A stretch of DNA of 58,672 nt from Candidatus Thorarchaeota archaeon (GTDB lineage: Archaea > Asgardarchaeota > Thorarchaeia > Thorarchaeales > Thorarchaeaceae). The stretch's first letter is position 1, and every line of letters begins with the position of its first letter. The translations under genes and the position numbers were made by a program. Below, one piece after another: positions 21,181 to 31,190 of this stretch. Location: positions 1-58,672 of the forward strand of contig JBHLRZ010000021.1 of NCBI GenBank assembly GCA_048882045.1, given 5' to 3'. A model generated the notes under the pieces. That model searched no databases and was not told where the DNA came from. It saw only the letters and a program-made list of their open reading frames with translations.

Positions 21181-21516
21181 TCAAGGATTCCAAGGAAGGA
21201 AATCCTGTAGTGATTCCAAGAAATCCTTGACGCCCTTCTTCTTTCCAAGTATCTCTTCCGGTAGGGTAACGTCATATTGCTTTGACAGAATCAGAATTGT
21301 CAACTTCGCTGCTGGACTGAGTTTGGAATATCCAATCACAAAGTTCCGCAATGATACATCAGAGTCTGGATCACTTATATCGAGTGAATCCATGAGAGAT
21401 ACACCTGTCCTTGAACAAAGGTCGACAATTGTCTTCCTTCCATAGATTGTTTGACCCCTGCGACTCAACGTTTCTGCAAGTTTCAGCATAGGTCTCTCAT
21501 CAGTCATCACGATCAC
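21181..21516 (-). CDS. Small hypothetical protein in the GTPase operon
   Basis: GTGA overlap with the upstream gene's stop; 111 aa. Confidence 0.75.
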   Translation of the reverse strand: MIVMTDERPMLKLAETLSRRGQTIYGRKTIVDLCSRTGVSLMDSLDISDPDSDVSLRNFVIGYSKLSPAAKLTILILSKQYDVTLPEEILGKKKGVKDFLESLQDFLPWNP

Positions 21517-22781
21517 CTCCCAATGGAGTTCATCTCCAACCAGTATGAGATTTCCTCAAATCCTCGGAGGTCTTCAGCAGTATACCTTTTCAGAAGATAA
21601 GAGGCATATGCCTCAGTGAGTCCTTCCGCGTAAACTCGCATCTTCGATTTGTCTAGTATGGCTAGAAACTGAGCAAGGAGCTTGACCCAATCAGCGTAGA
21701 GCTCCATGAGTCTACGGGGATCAAGACCCTCAAGCAATCGAGAGCCATAGACGACCTCCCACTTACCGTCTGTGATAGGAACTTCTCCAACAACCTCAGG
21801 CACAGAAACCTTTGCCAAGGTGGATTCGAGCCAACTGTAGGTATCTGTTTCTGAATATACATCCTCAGCCACCTTGATGGCAATCTCCACAGCTTCCTTT
21901 GTCAGGAGAATCCGGCGTTTCTCTGGAGTTAATACGTCTATTGCCTTACTCTCCAGGAGGAAATCGAATGCCTGCATCAGAACTCGTTCAGAATATTGAT
22001 CGGTCAAGAATCTAGTTATTGCACCAACAGTCCTTCGACCATCAAAGAGTGTAGACATTCGTGGGACAACAGCCAGAATATCAGGATGGGTCCTTGCCAG
22101 TTCTGCTCTCTGAGGTGACGATGACTGAAGGAACCTGTCGAGCCTTGACGTTGAAACCACAACGTCATTCGGATCAAGAATGCTACGGAACTGGACTGCT
22201 CCAAGAGCCCAAAGACGTGTTATTTCCATTGTCACATCTTCACGACTAAGCCCACTTTCGTGTACGATTTCATCGACATTCCTTCCTCCATCAATGAAAG
22301 GCAAGACAACACTGTCCTGAGTGGACTGTCCCATTGTGCCTACATTGAAGGGGATCCAACTACCGAGGATTTGCCTAAAAGTCAGATTCTGAAGGAGTCC
22401 CTCTCGGAATTCTAAGAATCCAGTATTTAGGTCCAGAGAGTCCATTTCCTCACGAGTGAGATCCTTTATCCATACGGTTTCGAATTCATCGAGAAGAGAA
22501 CTGAGTGTCTGAATGACCTCTTCTTCACACTCGCCCAAACTCACCGCAACAAGATCTGCTCTTTCTCCAGAAAGCACTGTGAAGAGTCGGGCGCCATAGT
22601 CTACTTGGAATCTTGAACTCTTTCGGTCCACTACTTCCTTTGAGAATGTCTGAATAGCTGTGAAGAACCCAGACACAAGCATTGGATCCAATTCTTGGGC
22701 ACGGGGGTCCAATTTCATAAAGAATAGCGGAATCCCTCCACGTTCCATAATCAGAATTGCTTGGATGTTGTGCCCAGCCAA
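21513..22781 (-). CDS. Longin-like domain + winged-helix protein (NPRL2-like architecture)
   Basis: N-terminal ILI...GGIPLF...LVSGFFTAIQTFSKE longin pattern; two wH repeats (LPFIDGGRNVDEI, LFDGRRTVGAI). Confidence 0.75.
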   Translation of the reverse strand: MAGHNIQAILIMERGGIPLFFMKLDPRAQELDPMLVSGFFTAIQTFSKEVVDRKSSRFQVDYGARLFTVLSGERADLVAVSLGECEEEVIQTLSSLLDEFETVWIKDLTREEMDSLDLNTGFLEFREGLLQNLTFRQILGSWIPFNVGTMGQSTQDSVVLPFIDGGRNVDEIVHESGLSREDVTMEITRLWALGAVQFRSILDPNDVVVSTSRLDRFLQSSSPQRAELARTHPDILAVVPRMSTLFDGRRTVGAITRFLTDQYSERVLMQAFDFLLESKAIDVLTPEKRRILLTKEAVEIAIKVAEDVYSETDTYSWLESTLAKVSVPEVVGEVPITDGKWEVVYGSRLLEGLDPRRLMELYADWVKLLAQFLAILDKSKMRVYAEGLTEAYASYLLKRYTAEDLRGFEEISYWLEMNSIGR

Positions 22782-22891
22782 CGCGATTAGCCTCGATATT
22801 GGAGCCTTTAGAATCGTATTAAGGTTGGCGGGTTATCCGACTTGTTGCGTGATGGTAAACGAACATATATTCGAAAACAAGAGGGTTCGCC

Positions 22892-25066
22892 GTGACCGTT
22901 TCGCAATCTCGTCTACTTGCTTTACCATTCATTATCGGAATTCTGGTCCTCTCAGTTTACACTCCCAACGCAGGCACTCGACCAGTAGACGAGATAGCTT
23001 TCGATGTAAAGGGAGTCGATAAAACAACGGTCGCATATACAGTTCACGAATCCATCAGCATTACTACTGATTCTGATTTTCTGATTCAAGGATGGCCAGG
23101 TCTAGGCACTCCAGAAAGCCCATTTGTAATAGAGAATCTTGATATTACCACAGCGCTAAATTGCATCCTTATTGCCAATACGACCAAGCATGTGGTGATC
23201 AGAAACTGCTTTCTCTCTGCTACTAGTACAGTTTGGGGAGAGGGAGTAATCCGACTGGACAATGTCACCAATGCACGAATCGTGAACAATCATATCAATG
23301 GATACCATAGTGCGATTTCTGTCTTTGATTCATCTGACTGTGGATTTACTGATAACTTCATCAACACTGAACGATTCGGGCTTTACGCATTCAACCTCAG
23401 CAAGTCTTTCTTTGCACATAACAACCAGACAAATCAGAAAATGAGATATGCAATTCATGTTCAAGGTGCGCAACATCTGACTGTGAGAAACAACGACTTC
23501 CACAGTGTAGTAAGTGAAGGCATTAGACTTGTTGGAGGGTATGATTGTATAATTGAGGACAATCGGTTTCGATGTGCTGGAGCGACCTACCTAGGTCACG
23601 CTGGCGCACTCCTATTGGAGTCCGAAGAGTGTCATTTTGCAAGAAATGTGTTGAGCGGGTTTGATACAAATCTCTATATCCTTAATGGATTCAACAATTG
23701 GGTTAACAATAATACCTTCGTACAAAGTAGAAGAGGAATCCTGCTTCGAACGACGAGTACAACCGTCAGTAAAAACAGGATTGAGACCACACAAAATGGA
23801 ATCGAGATGGGCTGGTCAAATAGCTGTGTATTAGAATCAAATGACATTCAGAGCTATCTCCTTCATGGAATCGAGGCGCGAGCTGGGAATGGTTCATTAT
23901 TTAGATGGAACGAGATTCATGATTCTGAAATAGGAATTCTGTTGCAAGGTGGAATGAATGACAGAATTATCGAGAACTATGTTAATGACTGCGTGACTGG
24001 AGTAAGCCTTGAGGAATATCCAGGCATGTCATATGAAATGATCATGGAACAAGGGCAATATGAGTGGGGGGCACCAATCAAAGGAACAGTTGCTAACAAC
24101 TCCTTCTTGGAATGTGGTGTAACTCTATCGATAAACTATCCTGATGGATTCGATCAGGTCATCGAAGGAAACAGGATAAACGGAGGTCTCTTGGGCTACT
24201 TCTACAACTGGTCGACCAAAGTAATAGATGGAGATTCCTATAGGCAGATAATACTTGCAAGATGTTCTGACATGACGGTTGTAGGAGGAAACCTCAGAGG
24301 CATCACCATGATTTTCTGTACAAATATAGACATCAGGAATGTGAACATCAGTCAGACAGAAGTTGGCATATTCATTGACAGGTCCGAAGGATGCCTTGTG
24401 AGTAATTCAGACATATTGAACAATGAGATAGGAGTGCATATCGCCGAATCAGACTCTTGCTACGTTTATCAGAGTCATATTCATCACAACAATCACGGCG
24501 TATATTTCTATGAAACCAGCAACTCCATGGTTTACGGATGTGAAATCTTTCTGAACAGTTATGCAATCGTGTTCACAGGAACTATCAACGGCATTATTGA
24601 ATCGAACCGTGTTCACACGAATCTTGAGGGGATTTTCCTTCTACGATCAGACAACACCATGGTGGGGAACAATGAGGTCGTTTACAACAATGGAACTGGA
24701 ATTCTTGTCAATCGACTGTCGGATGCAAACATGATTTTTGGAAACAGTTTTGGTTGGAATGGAGTGAATGCAGTCTGTACAGTAGCGGACAATTCTTGGG
24801 ACAACGGCTATGGACAAGGGAATAGATGGCACAACTACTTCAACACACCGACTTATGTCATCGAGGGGGGCGCGGGTTGTGAGGATAGGTTTCCAAGTCT
24901 CCTCGGTGATGGACCATCAATACCGTTTCCTACAGACGATACCAACTCTACGATGGAAGACCCTATCAGTCTCTCCCCTCTACAGACAATTGTAGCTATT
25001 GGGATGATTGGGGGGATACTTGTGATAGCAATTGGAAACTACATAATGAAACGGTTTCCGATGTAA
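22892..25066 (+). CDS. Surface protein with right-handed parallel beta-helix (NosD/CASH) repeats
   Basis: GWPG.GT..PF.IENL.I, repeated N.I.....GI, N.WDNG...GNRW; N- and C-terminal TM. Confidence 0.88.
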   Translation: MTVSQSRLLALPFIIGILVLSVYTPNAGTRPVDEIAFDVKGVDKTTVAYTVHESISITTDSDFLIQGWPGLGTPESPFVIENLDITTALNCILIANTTKHVVIRNCFLSATSTVWGEGVIRLDNVTNARIVNNHINGYHSAISVFDSSDCGFTDNFINTERFGLYAFNLSKSFFAHNNQTNQKMRYAIHVQGAQHLTVRNNDFHSVVSEGIRLVGGYDCIIEDNRFRCAGATYLGHAGALLLESEECHFARNVLSGFDTNLYILNGFNNWVNNNTFVQSRRGILLRTTSTTVSKNRIETTQNGIEMGWSNSCVLESNDIQSYLLHGIEARAGNGSLFRWNEIHDSEIGILLQGGMNDRIIENYVNDCVTGVSLEEYPGMSYEMIMEQGQYEWGAPIKGTVANNSFLECGVTLSINYPDGFDQVIEGNRINGGLLGYFYNWSTKVIDGDSYRQIILARCSDMTVVGGNLRGITMIFCTNIDIRNVNISQTEVGIFIDRSEGCLVSNSDILNNEIGVHIAESDSCYVYQSHIHHNNHGVYFYETSNSMVYGCEIFLNSYAIVFTGTINGIIESNRVHTNLEGIFLLRSDNTMVGNNEVVYNNGTGILVNRLSDANMIFGNSFGWNGVNAVCTVADNSWDNGYGQGNRWHNYFNTPTYVIEGGAGCEDRFPSLLGDGPSIPFPTDDTNSTMEDPISLSPLQTIVAIGMIGGILVIAIGNYIMKRFPM

Positions 25067-25069
25067 TCC

Positions 25070-25300
25070 TTAGATAATCTTCAGAAGGTCATCTCGGGCA
25101 AGGACTTCATATCCGTTAGATTTTACCATCACTTTGGATTCCAAACGGAATACCTCGCAGAAACGGAGAGCATGAACAAGATCTTTTTGGTTTCTTGTCC
25201 AAGGGAGAACTGTAAACCATTCATTCTTTTGGTGTCCAATTGCTCTATCTATGGCTTGAATCTTTAGCTTACAAAGTCCGTCAGGGCATTCAGAGGTCAT
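25070..25300 (-). CDS. Small hypothetical protein
   Basis: 76-aa ORF filling the gap and abutting the convergent stop. Confidence 0.5.
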   Translation of the reverse strand: MTSECPDGLCKLKIQAIDRAIGHQKNEWFTVLPWTRNQKDLVHALRFCEVFRLESKVMVKSNGYEVLARDDLLKII

Positions 25301-25483
25301 CGATGTCTTGCGTCCGCAGTTGTCGTTGAAGTCGTTGAACTTCAGGCTCGCGCATTTAATACCCTAATAATATCGTTTCGGTAGCACGTCAGTGTGCGCA
25401 GGCTCATTTTGAACACTTCATCGGCTTCTGAGAAGTTGAGAAGACCTATATTCGTTCAGAAGAATAACGAGTGTGGAAGGAAA

Positions 25484-26131
25484 ATGGAGAAAGACAAGGT
25501 TGTAGTTGAGAAGGATTCAATCACTCGGTGTGGATGGTGTGGCACCTTCTATAGTCCTCAGTGGCTACAACCTGGATTTGGTCCGAAATATTGTAGCATC
25601 GAATGCATGAACGCTGCAAGAAGTAGCAAATCTGAAACAGAAATATTCCTAGCCAAGGGATTCATCATTCTTTCATTTGCCAGCATGCTTTTCTGTGCAA
25701 CTCTACTTCTCATTGCTCCTGCTCATTTTTCTCCCCTTTATTTTGAGATTTTGGCCTACGGGCTAATCAGTTCCGTGTGTTGCTTATGTGGAGGAGTTGG
25801 TACAAGGATATCAAACAAAATGTCTCAGCAATATCTCTATCGTAAAGACATGTATCGTGACAGTCATCACGTGCTGATTGAATGCGAATTCTGTTCTCAT
25901 CTGAACCCACCTGATGTTCTTGATTGCCAGCACTGTGATGCTTCATTGAGAGATGCGACTCTCGTGCAGGGGGAGATTCCTGAATGGTTTAGACAGGATG
26001 AAACCTTATCCCGAAACAGAAAGAAGTGTACACACTGCGGTGCCATCTATGGATACGATAGACCAAGGGAAGATGGGACTGTCGTTTGTCAAAACTGTGG
26101 AAAACCGTTCCGCATCTCTAATGCTTCCTAG
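25484..26131 (+). CDS. Membrane protein with multiple zinc ribbons
   Basis: CGWC...CSIEC, two TM segments, CEFC/CQHC/CTHC/CQNC. Confidence 0.75.
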   Translation: MEKDKVVVEKDSITRCGWCGTFYSPQWLQPGFGPKYCSIECMNAARSSKSETEIFLAKGFIILSFASMLFCATLLLIAPAHFSPLYFEILAYGLISSVCCLCGGVGTRISNKMSQQYLYRKDMYRDSHHVLIECEFCSHLNPPDVLDCQHCDASLRDATLVQGEIPEWFRQDETLSRNRKKCTHCGAIYGYDRPREDGTVVCQNCGKPFRISNAS

Positions 26132-26137
26132 TCGGTC

Positions 26138-27820
26138 CTAGAATATCTTGGGTTCTTCCCATTCTCCCCACAAGTCACGCCAGACCTCGAATATCTCTCC
26201 GATTGTAGCATACTCCCTAACAGCATTGACAATGTGAGGCATGACGTTGTCCTCACCCTCAGAAGCCTTTCTGAGGCCATTAAGTGCTTCATCAACCTTC
26301 TTGTTGTCCCGGGTGTTGCGTATCTTCTGAGTCCTCTCGATCTGACGACGCTCAACCTGCTCGTCAATCTTCAAGACGGGAATTGTAATCTGCTCATCCT
26401 CTAGGACATAGTCGTTGACACCTACGATAGTGCGCTCGCCGCTTTCAATCTCTTTCTGGTATCGATAAGAAGCGTCAGCAATCTCACGCTGGAAGAATCC
26501 CTTCTCAATTGCAGCTACAACTCCGCCAAGTGCCTCGACACTGTCGAAGTACTTGTAAGCTTCTTCCTCCATTTCATTGGTAAGAGCTTCGACATAGTAA
26601 GAGCCAGCAAGTGGGTCGATGGTGTTAGCTACACCACTCTCATAGGCTAGTATCTGTTGAGTCCTTAGAGCAACTCGGACTGCATCCTCAGTGGGCAGAC
26701 ACAACGCTTCATCCATTGAGTTCGTGTGGAGTGACTGTGTTCCACCCAGCACCGCGGCGAGGGCTTGATAGGCTGTTCGAACTACATTCACCATTGGTTG
26801 CTGAGCTGTGAGAGAGCATCCAGCAGTCTGTGTGTGGAATCGCATCCATAGAGACCGCTCCTTTTTCGCACCGAAAGTTTCCTTCATCTCTCTAGCCCAG
26901 ATACGACGGGCTGCTCGGTACTTGGCAACCTCCTCGAAGATGTCATTGTGAGCGTTGAAGAAGAAGGATAGACGGGGTGCAAAGAAGTCAACATCGAGTC
27001 CATGTTGGATTCCTACTTTCACATACTCCATACCATTGAGCAGCGTAAATGCCAATTCTTGTGCTGCCGTAGAGCCAGCCTCGCGAATGTGATATCCTGA
27101 GATCGAGATTGTGTTCCACCTTGGGATGTTCCTGGCGCAGTACTCCATTATGTTGCCTATAATTCGAAGGGATGGTTTGGGAGCTAGAATCCAACTCTTT
27201 TGCGCCATATACTCTTTGAGCAGGTCGTTCTGTATTGTACCCCCGATCTTGTCAGAGGAAACACCCTGTTTTTCAGCAGCCACCATATACATAGCAAGAA
27301 GAATGCTAGCAGGTGCGTTAATCGTCATGGACGTTGTGACCTTATCGAGGGGAATCCCATCGAATAGGATCTCCATGTCCTTCAGAGTGTCAACCGCCAC
27401 CCCAAGTTTACCGACCTCACCATGTGAGAATGGATGGTCAGAGTCTCGAGCGAATATCGTAGGAAGGTGAAAGGCTACACTGAGACCGGTCTGACCGTTG
27501 GCTAAGAGGAACTTGAAACGTTCATTGGTTTCCTCGGCTGAACCCATTCCTGCGAACTGACGCATGGTCCAGAAACGACCGCGATACATACTGGGTTGCA
27601 CTCCTCGAGTGTAGGGATACTCGCTTGGGAAACCAAGGTCTCTCATATAGTCAAAATCTGGAATATCGAGAGGTGTATAGATAGCCTTCACAGGTTTGCT
27701 AGAAGTCGTCAGAAATTCACCCCGCCGATCAGCGTGTTTCTTCTGATGGGGAGAGAGTGTGTTCTTCTCCCAGTTACTCTTGGCAGCACCAATCTTCGAG
27801 TCAGCCTTGTCAGTGACCAT
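26138..27820 (-). CDS. B12-dependent acyl-CoA mutase large subunit (MCM family, isobutyryl-CoA-mutase-type residues)
   Basis: [42 protein letters not shown]; no B12-binding domain. Confidence 0.93.
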   Translation of the reverse strand: MVTDKADSKIGAAKSNWEKNTLSPHQKKHADRRGEFLTTSSKPVKAIYTPLDIPDFDYMRDLGFPSEYPYTRGVQPSMYRGRFWTMRQFAGMGSAEETNERFKFLLANGQTGLSVAFHLPTIFARDSDHPFSHGEVGKLGVAVDTLKDMEILFDGIPLDKVTTSMTINAPASILLAMYMVAAEKQGVSSDKIGGTIQNDLLKEYMAQKSWILAPKPSLRIIGNIMEYCARNIPRWNTISISGYHIREAGSTAAQELAFTLLNGMEYVKVGIQHGLDVDFFAPRLSFFFNAHNDIFEEVAKYRAARRIWAREMKETFGAKKERSLWMRFHTQTAGCSLTAQQPMVNVVRTAYQALAAVLGGTQSLHTNSMDEALCLPTEDAVRVALRTQQILAYESGVANTIDPLAGSYYVEALTNEMEEEAYKYFDSVEALGGVVAAIEKGFFQREIADASYRYQKEIESGERTIVGVNDYVLEDEQITIPVLKIDEQVERRQIERTQKIRNTRDNKKVDEALNGLRKASEGEDNVMPHIVNAVREYATIGEIFEVWRDLWGEWEEPKIF

Positions 27821-27893
27821 TTTTGGTTCCTCCAGGGTGTGAACAAGAGGACGTCAAGGAGAGTGAATATTAACTGTTCGATTTGTGAAGGTG

Positions 27894-28454
27894 TTAGTAC
27901 TCGAATCCCTTTCTAGCTTGGACTTTTTTCTCACCAAAGTAGTGCTTTACTTCCCTCATTTCAGTAACAAGGTCAGCCAACTCAAGGACCTCTTTTGCAG
28001 CATACCTACCGGTTATTATGAGTTCCATTTCTTCTGGTTTTGATTTAATCAGACCAAGAAGGTCATTCAACGAAATGAGGTTCCACTCAACAGCTACATT
28101 GATCTCATCAAGAATCAACACATCGCATTTCTCGTCACGAACAACTTCCTGTGCCAATTTCAACCCGTCTCGAGCCATTTGAATGTCAATGGGGTCCGGA
28201 TTCTCTTTGTCGACAAAGGTCTCTCTTCCCACAGGGTAAATGGTAAAGTTTGGAATCAAGTCAGTGGATCCGAACTCGCCATAGTTGATATCCTCACTAT
28301 CACCACGAGTTGCTACCTTGGCTTTCATGAAACAGATCATTATGACCTCATGCCCATGACCTGCGGCACGTAGTCCTGCCCCCAGAGCACTCGTTGTCTT
28401 TCCTTTGCCATTACCAGTATAGACCTGGACCATTCCAGAGTGGGGCATAATCAT
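27894..28454 (-). CDS. cobO: ATP:cob(I)alamin adenosyltransferase (CobA/CobO/BtuR type)
   Basis: YTGNGKGKTT, ILDEIN, TGR.A, ADLVTEM..KH, GFEY. Confidence 0.92.
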   Translation of the reverse strand: MIMPHSGMVQVYTGNGKGKTTSALGAGLRAAGHGHEVIMICFMKAKVATRGDSEDINYGEFGSTDLIPNFTIYPVGRETFVDKENPDPIDIQMARDGLKLAQEVVRDEKCDVLILDEINVAVEWNLISLNDLLGLIKSKPEEMELIITGRYAAKEVLELADLVTEMREVKHYFGEKKVQARKGFEY

Positions 28455-29077
28455 TCACCGGGACTGAATCGCGATGCCACTTCAGCAACTCGTTTCCCGA
28501 GGAGTCGGCTTCCTCTGATAGCAAGTACATCATCTTTCACAGCCCTCCAGTTGCCATCATCGGTCTGAAGGCTTCCAGAACCGAAAGTGCCATCCTTCAC
28601 TGGACTACCAGTACCTCCCACAACAATCATCCCTTGTCCAAGAGCATAACGATTCAATACATCAATGACATGTTCCTGTCCACCGTACTTTAGACCAGCA
28701 TGGGTGATGGCTCCAAATATGGTATCCTTTAGTTTGCCTCCGTTCATCTTCATATGGCGAGAGCGGTCAATGAAATCCTTGAGAATACCTGGGACAGAAC
28801 TAAAGTACGAAGGAGCTGCGATGATGATACCATCTGCATCACAGAGTTCTTTCTCGAGTTTGGGCATGTCATCATTTGCACTCTGGGGACACGGCTTTCT
28901 TCTGACACAGGAGTCACAGCCTTTGCAGTGGAGGATATTGAAGTCCCTGATGTTCAATAATACTGTTTCAACCTTGTCTGATAGAATTTCACCTGCAGCT
29001 TCGAGAGCTTGTTCCAGTAAGAATCTGGTGCTAGACTGTTCACCTTTGGGAGACCCACATATACCAATTATTCGCAA
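28451..29077 (-). CDS. Iron-sulfur flavoprotein (flavodoxin family)
   Basis: GSP, CKGCDSC....C, P.YF, FIDR, GGQE. Confidence 0.88.
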   Translation of the reverse strand: MRIIGICGSPKGEQSSTRFLLEQALEAAGEILSDKVETVLLNIRDFNILHCKGCDSCVRRKPCPQSANDDMPKLEKELCDADGIIIAAPSYFSSVPGILKDFIDRSRHMKMNGGKLKDTIFGAITHAGLKYGGQEHVIDVLNRYALGQGMIVVGGTGSPVKDGTFGSGSLQTDDGNWRAVKDDVLAIRGSRLLGKRVAEVASRFSPGE

Positions 29078-29130
29078 TCTGAGACCTCTAACGTGTCGAC
29101 TATTAGTGTGGTACTTGTGTCTTTCGTCAC

Positions 29131-29814
29131 CTATGGGTCGTAAGGATGGGGCAGACTGTCAATCTTGGTCCGAATCTCTTCAGCCTTTGATTGGTATGTT
29201 GAAGCTTTGTCAGGAGAATCCATCTTGGTGTAAATTTCTGCAAGAAGATCGCACGCTGTCACACATCCGAGATAGTCACCAACATGAAGCAATGTGGAGT
29301 ATGCATCCTCAAGTATTCGAGCTGCTTGGTCATAGAAGCTCTTCCCATCCAAGACATGTCCTCTCACGACTAGAGTCTGACCTACAACAGTCTGCATCTC
29401 TTTATCATCTGGATACTCCTCTGCAAGTAGAAGAAGACGTACCCACTGTCGTTCAGCACCATGAACATCCCCAGAGTTGAGAAGTCCAATTCCAAGTGAC
29501 AAAAGGGCTCGTGCAACTTGGACATCACTGCCCGAGGTTTCAGCAAGGGTCAGTGCTTCAGTGGTCCTATCGACGCTATATTCATGGTCTCCGAGACCAA
29601 CATAGGCGTGGTCAATCCTAAGAAGACACTGTGAGAGTGTTCTTCTCCTCTGTTTCTCAAGAATTGGATCGAGGTCAGCAAGTCCTTCAAGAATTATCTT
29701 TGCCTCAGAACAAAGTGTAAGCTCACTCTTGAAGTCCTGTTCATATGTTCCTCTCCAGATGGCTTGGTCAATCAGTTCTTCAGCATTAAGAATTGCTCGT
29801 TCAGGACTCACCAA
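29131..29814 (-). CDS. TPR-like helical repeat protein
   Basis: A..L..LG..L...G and A..Y..KA repeats. Confidence 0.7.
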   Translation of the reverse strand: MVSPERAILNAEELIDQAIWRGTYEQDFKSELTLCSEAKIILEGLADLDPILEKQRRRTLSQCLLRIDHAYVGLGDHEYSVDRTTEALTLAETSGSDVQVARALLSLGIGLLNSGDVHGAERQWVRLLLLAEEYPDDKEMQTVVGQTLVVRGHVLDGKSFYDQAARILEDAYSTLLHVGDYLGCVTACDLLAEIYTKMDSPDKASTYQSKAEEIRTKIDSLPHPYDP

Positions 29815-29861
29815 ACTGATTCACCATTGGATGTGGATATTGTGCGAATCAGATAAAACTC

Positions 29862-30599
29862 CTACGACATCTTTTCATCAAGCGCGTGTGCAATCTCACC
29901 TACTGTACTAACTGCATGAAGATTGCTCTCCCCTGGCTGGGAGGCCACTACTACTGTTAGGGAGTGAACCTTCAGCATCTGTAAGACATGATCTCCCGAC
30001 CTGATAGTTGAGGGAACGATGTCTATCACTGGTTTAATCACACCTTGTGATATCTCAACCTGAATTCGGAATAGGTATACTTCCGGAACGTTTCCTCGGA
30101 GCAACTCGCCCTCTGAGTCAAAGACACCGACAATGGCTATCTCTGGTTGTTTCAGAGCTTTGTTGACTAGTCGCTCTATCGCCTTGAGTATCTCTGAGGA
30201 GGGCTGATTTAGATCAAGGGACACATAGTTGTCAATTAGTTTGTTGATGTCGACAATGTCGCTCATGCTTCCACTCCAGGTTTCAATCAACTCTCCATAC
30301 TGGTAAGCAATTGCACGACCCAAAGAAGACATGATGTTTTTAAGCTGTGAAATGGATTGGTCTATGGAAGACATAGAAACAAGAGCGAAAGTATGGAAGA
30401 AGGAATATGCCCAGACACAATCATCCATCTCGAGTATGTAAACCCTTTCAGGAGACGTGCTTGAGCTGGACTGCATCATTGCTACTGAATTGCGTACGAG
30501 TGATGGGAGCATGTTTATGTCGATACATGAGTCATCAGTAATGGAGCGTCCATAGAGAGGTTCTCCATCGTTTCTGACCACGTATACACAAAGAATCAT
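29862..30599 (-). CDS. Longin-like + roadblock-like domain protein
   Basis: N-terminal CVYVVRNDGEPLY...W.G (longin-like); C-terminal VGVFDSEGELL (roadblock/LAMTOR-like). Confidence 0.65.
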   Translation of the reverse strand: MILCVYVVRNDGEPLYGRSITDDSCIDINMLPSLVRNSVAMMQSSSSTSPERVYILEMDDCVWAYSFFHTFALVSMSSIDQSISQLKNIMSSLGRAIAYQYGELIETWSGSMSDIVDINKLIDNYVSLDLNQPSSEILKAIERLVNKALKQPEIAIVGVFDSEGELLRGNVPEVYLFRIQVEISQGVIKPVIDIVPSTIRSGDHVLQMLKVHSLTVVVASQPGESNLHAVSTVGEIAHALDEKMS

Positions 30600-30738
30600 G
30601 TTGGCCTCGACTCGCAGAATCAAAGCATGTCTTCTGGGTCATAAGGGTTGCTGGTGGATAGTTCCAAACGCAAGTACATCGCCGACGTCAGTAAATTCAT
30701 ATCCTCATTCGCAGAGGCTCACTAGAGGCCAGCAGGGA

Positions 30739-31077
30739 ATGTCAGATGATGAACAACCGAAGACGAAAACGAAGAAGAGGAAGAGGAAAGATCTTCAAAA
30801 GAGGACTCGGTATGACATCTATGCTGAGCTACTTCGGGTAATCTATATCTGGGGATTCTGTCCGCTGACTCGTGCAGCGAGATCAACAAACATGCCTGTT
30901 GACCGTGCAAAAGAATCAATCACAGAGCTAGTCGATAGGGGACTTCTCGAAGAAGACGACGATGATGGGATGAGGGTCTACAAGGTCACTGTGAGGGGTC
31001 ATCAGTATCTTGAACTGTATAAACGCATGGCTGGACTTGTTGGGATCCCAATACCTGAGCCTATCATTGGGATGTGA
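30739..31077 (+). CDS. Winged helix-turn-helix transcriptional regulator
   Basis: RTRYDIYAELL...LTR.AR..N...L.DRGLL...YKVT.RG; basic KKRKRK N-terminus. Confidence 0.85.
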   Translation: MSDDEQPKTKTKKRKRKDLQKRTRYDIYAELLRVIYIWGFCPLTRAARSTNMPVDRAKESITELVDRGLLEEDDDDGMRVYKVTVRGHQYLELYKRMAGLVGIPIPEPIIGM

Positions 31078-31190
31078 TTTTGACGTGAATGACATTTCAG
31101 TAGTAACAACAAGTGACCCTATTTTGTGGCCCCGCTTTATATAGTAAATTTGGGAGATTTTAATCAGAATAATTTAGGTGACGGCCGAAG

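Noticed and set aside
28665-29480. 271-aa plus-strand ORF and the many other antisense/overlapping ORFs in the track (for example 41765-42382, 11693-12220)
   Set aside because: They are shadows of well-supported genes on the opposite strand or in another frame, with no motifs.
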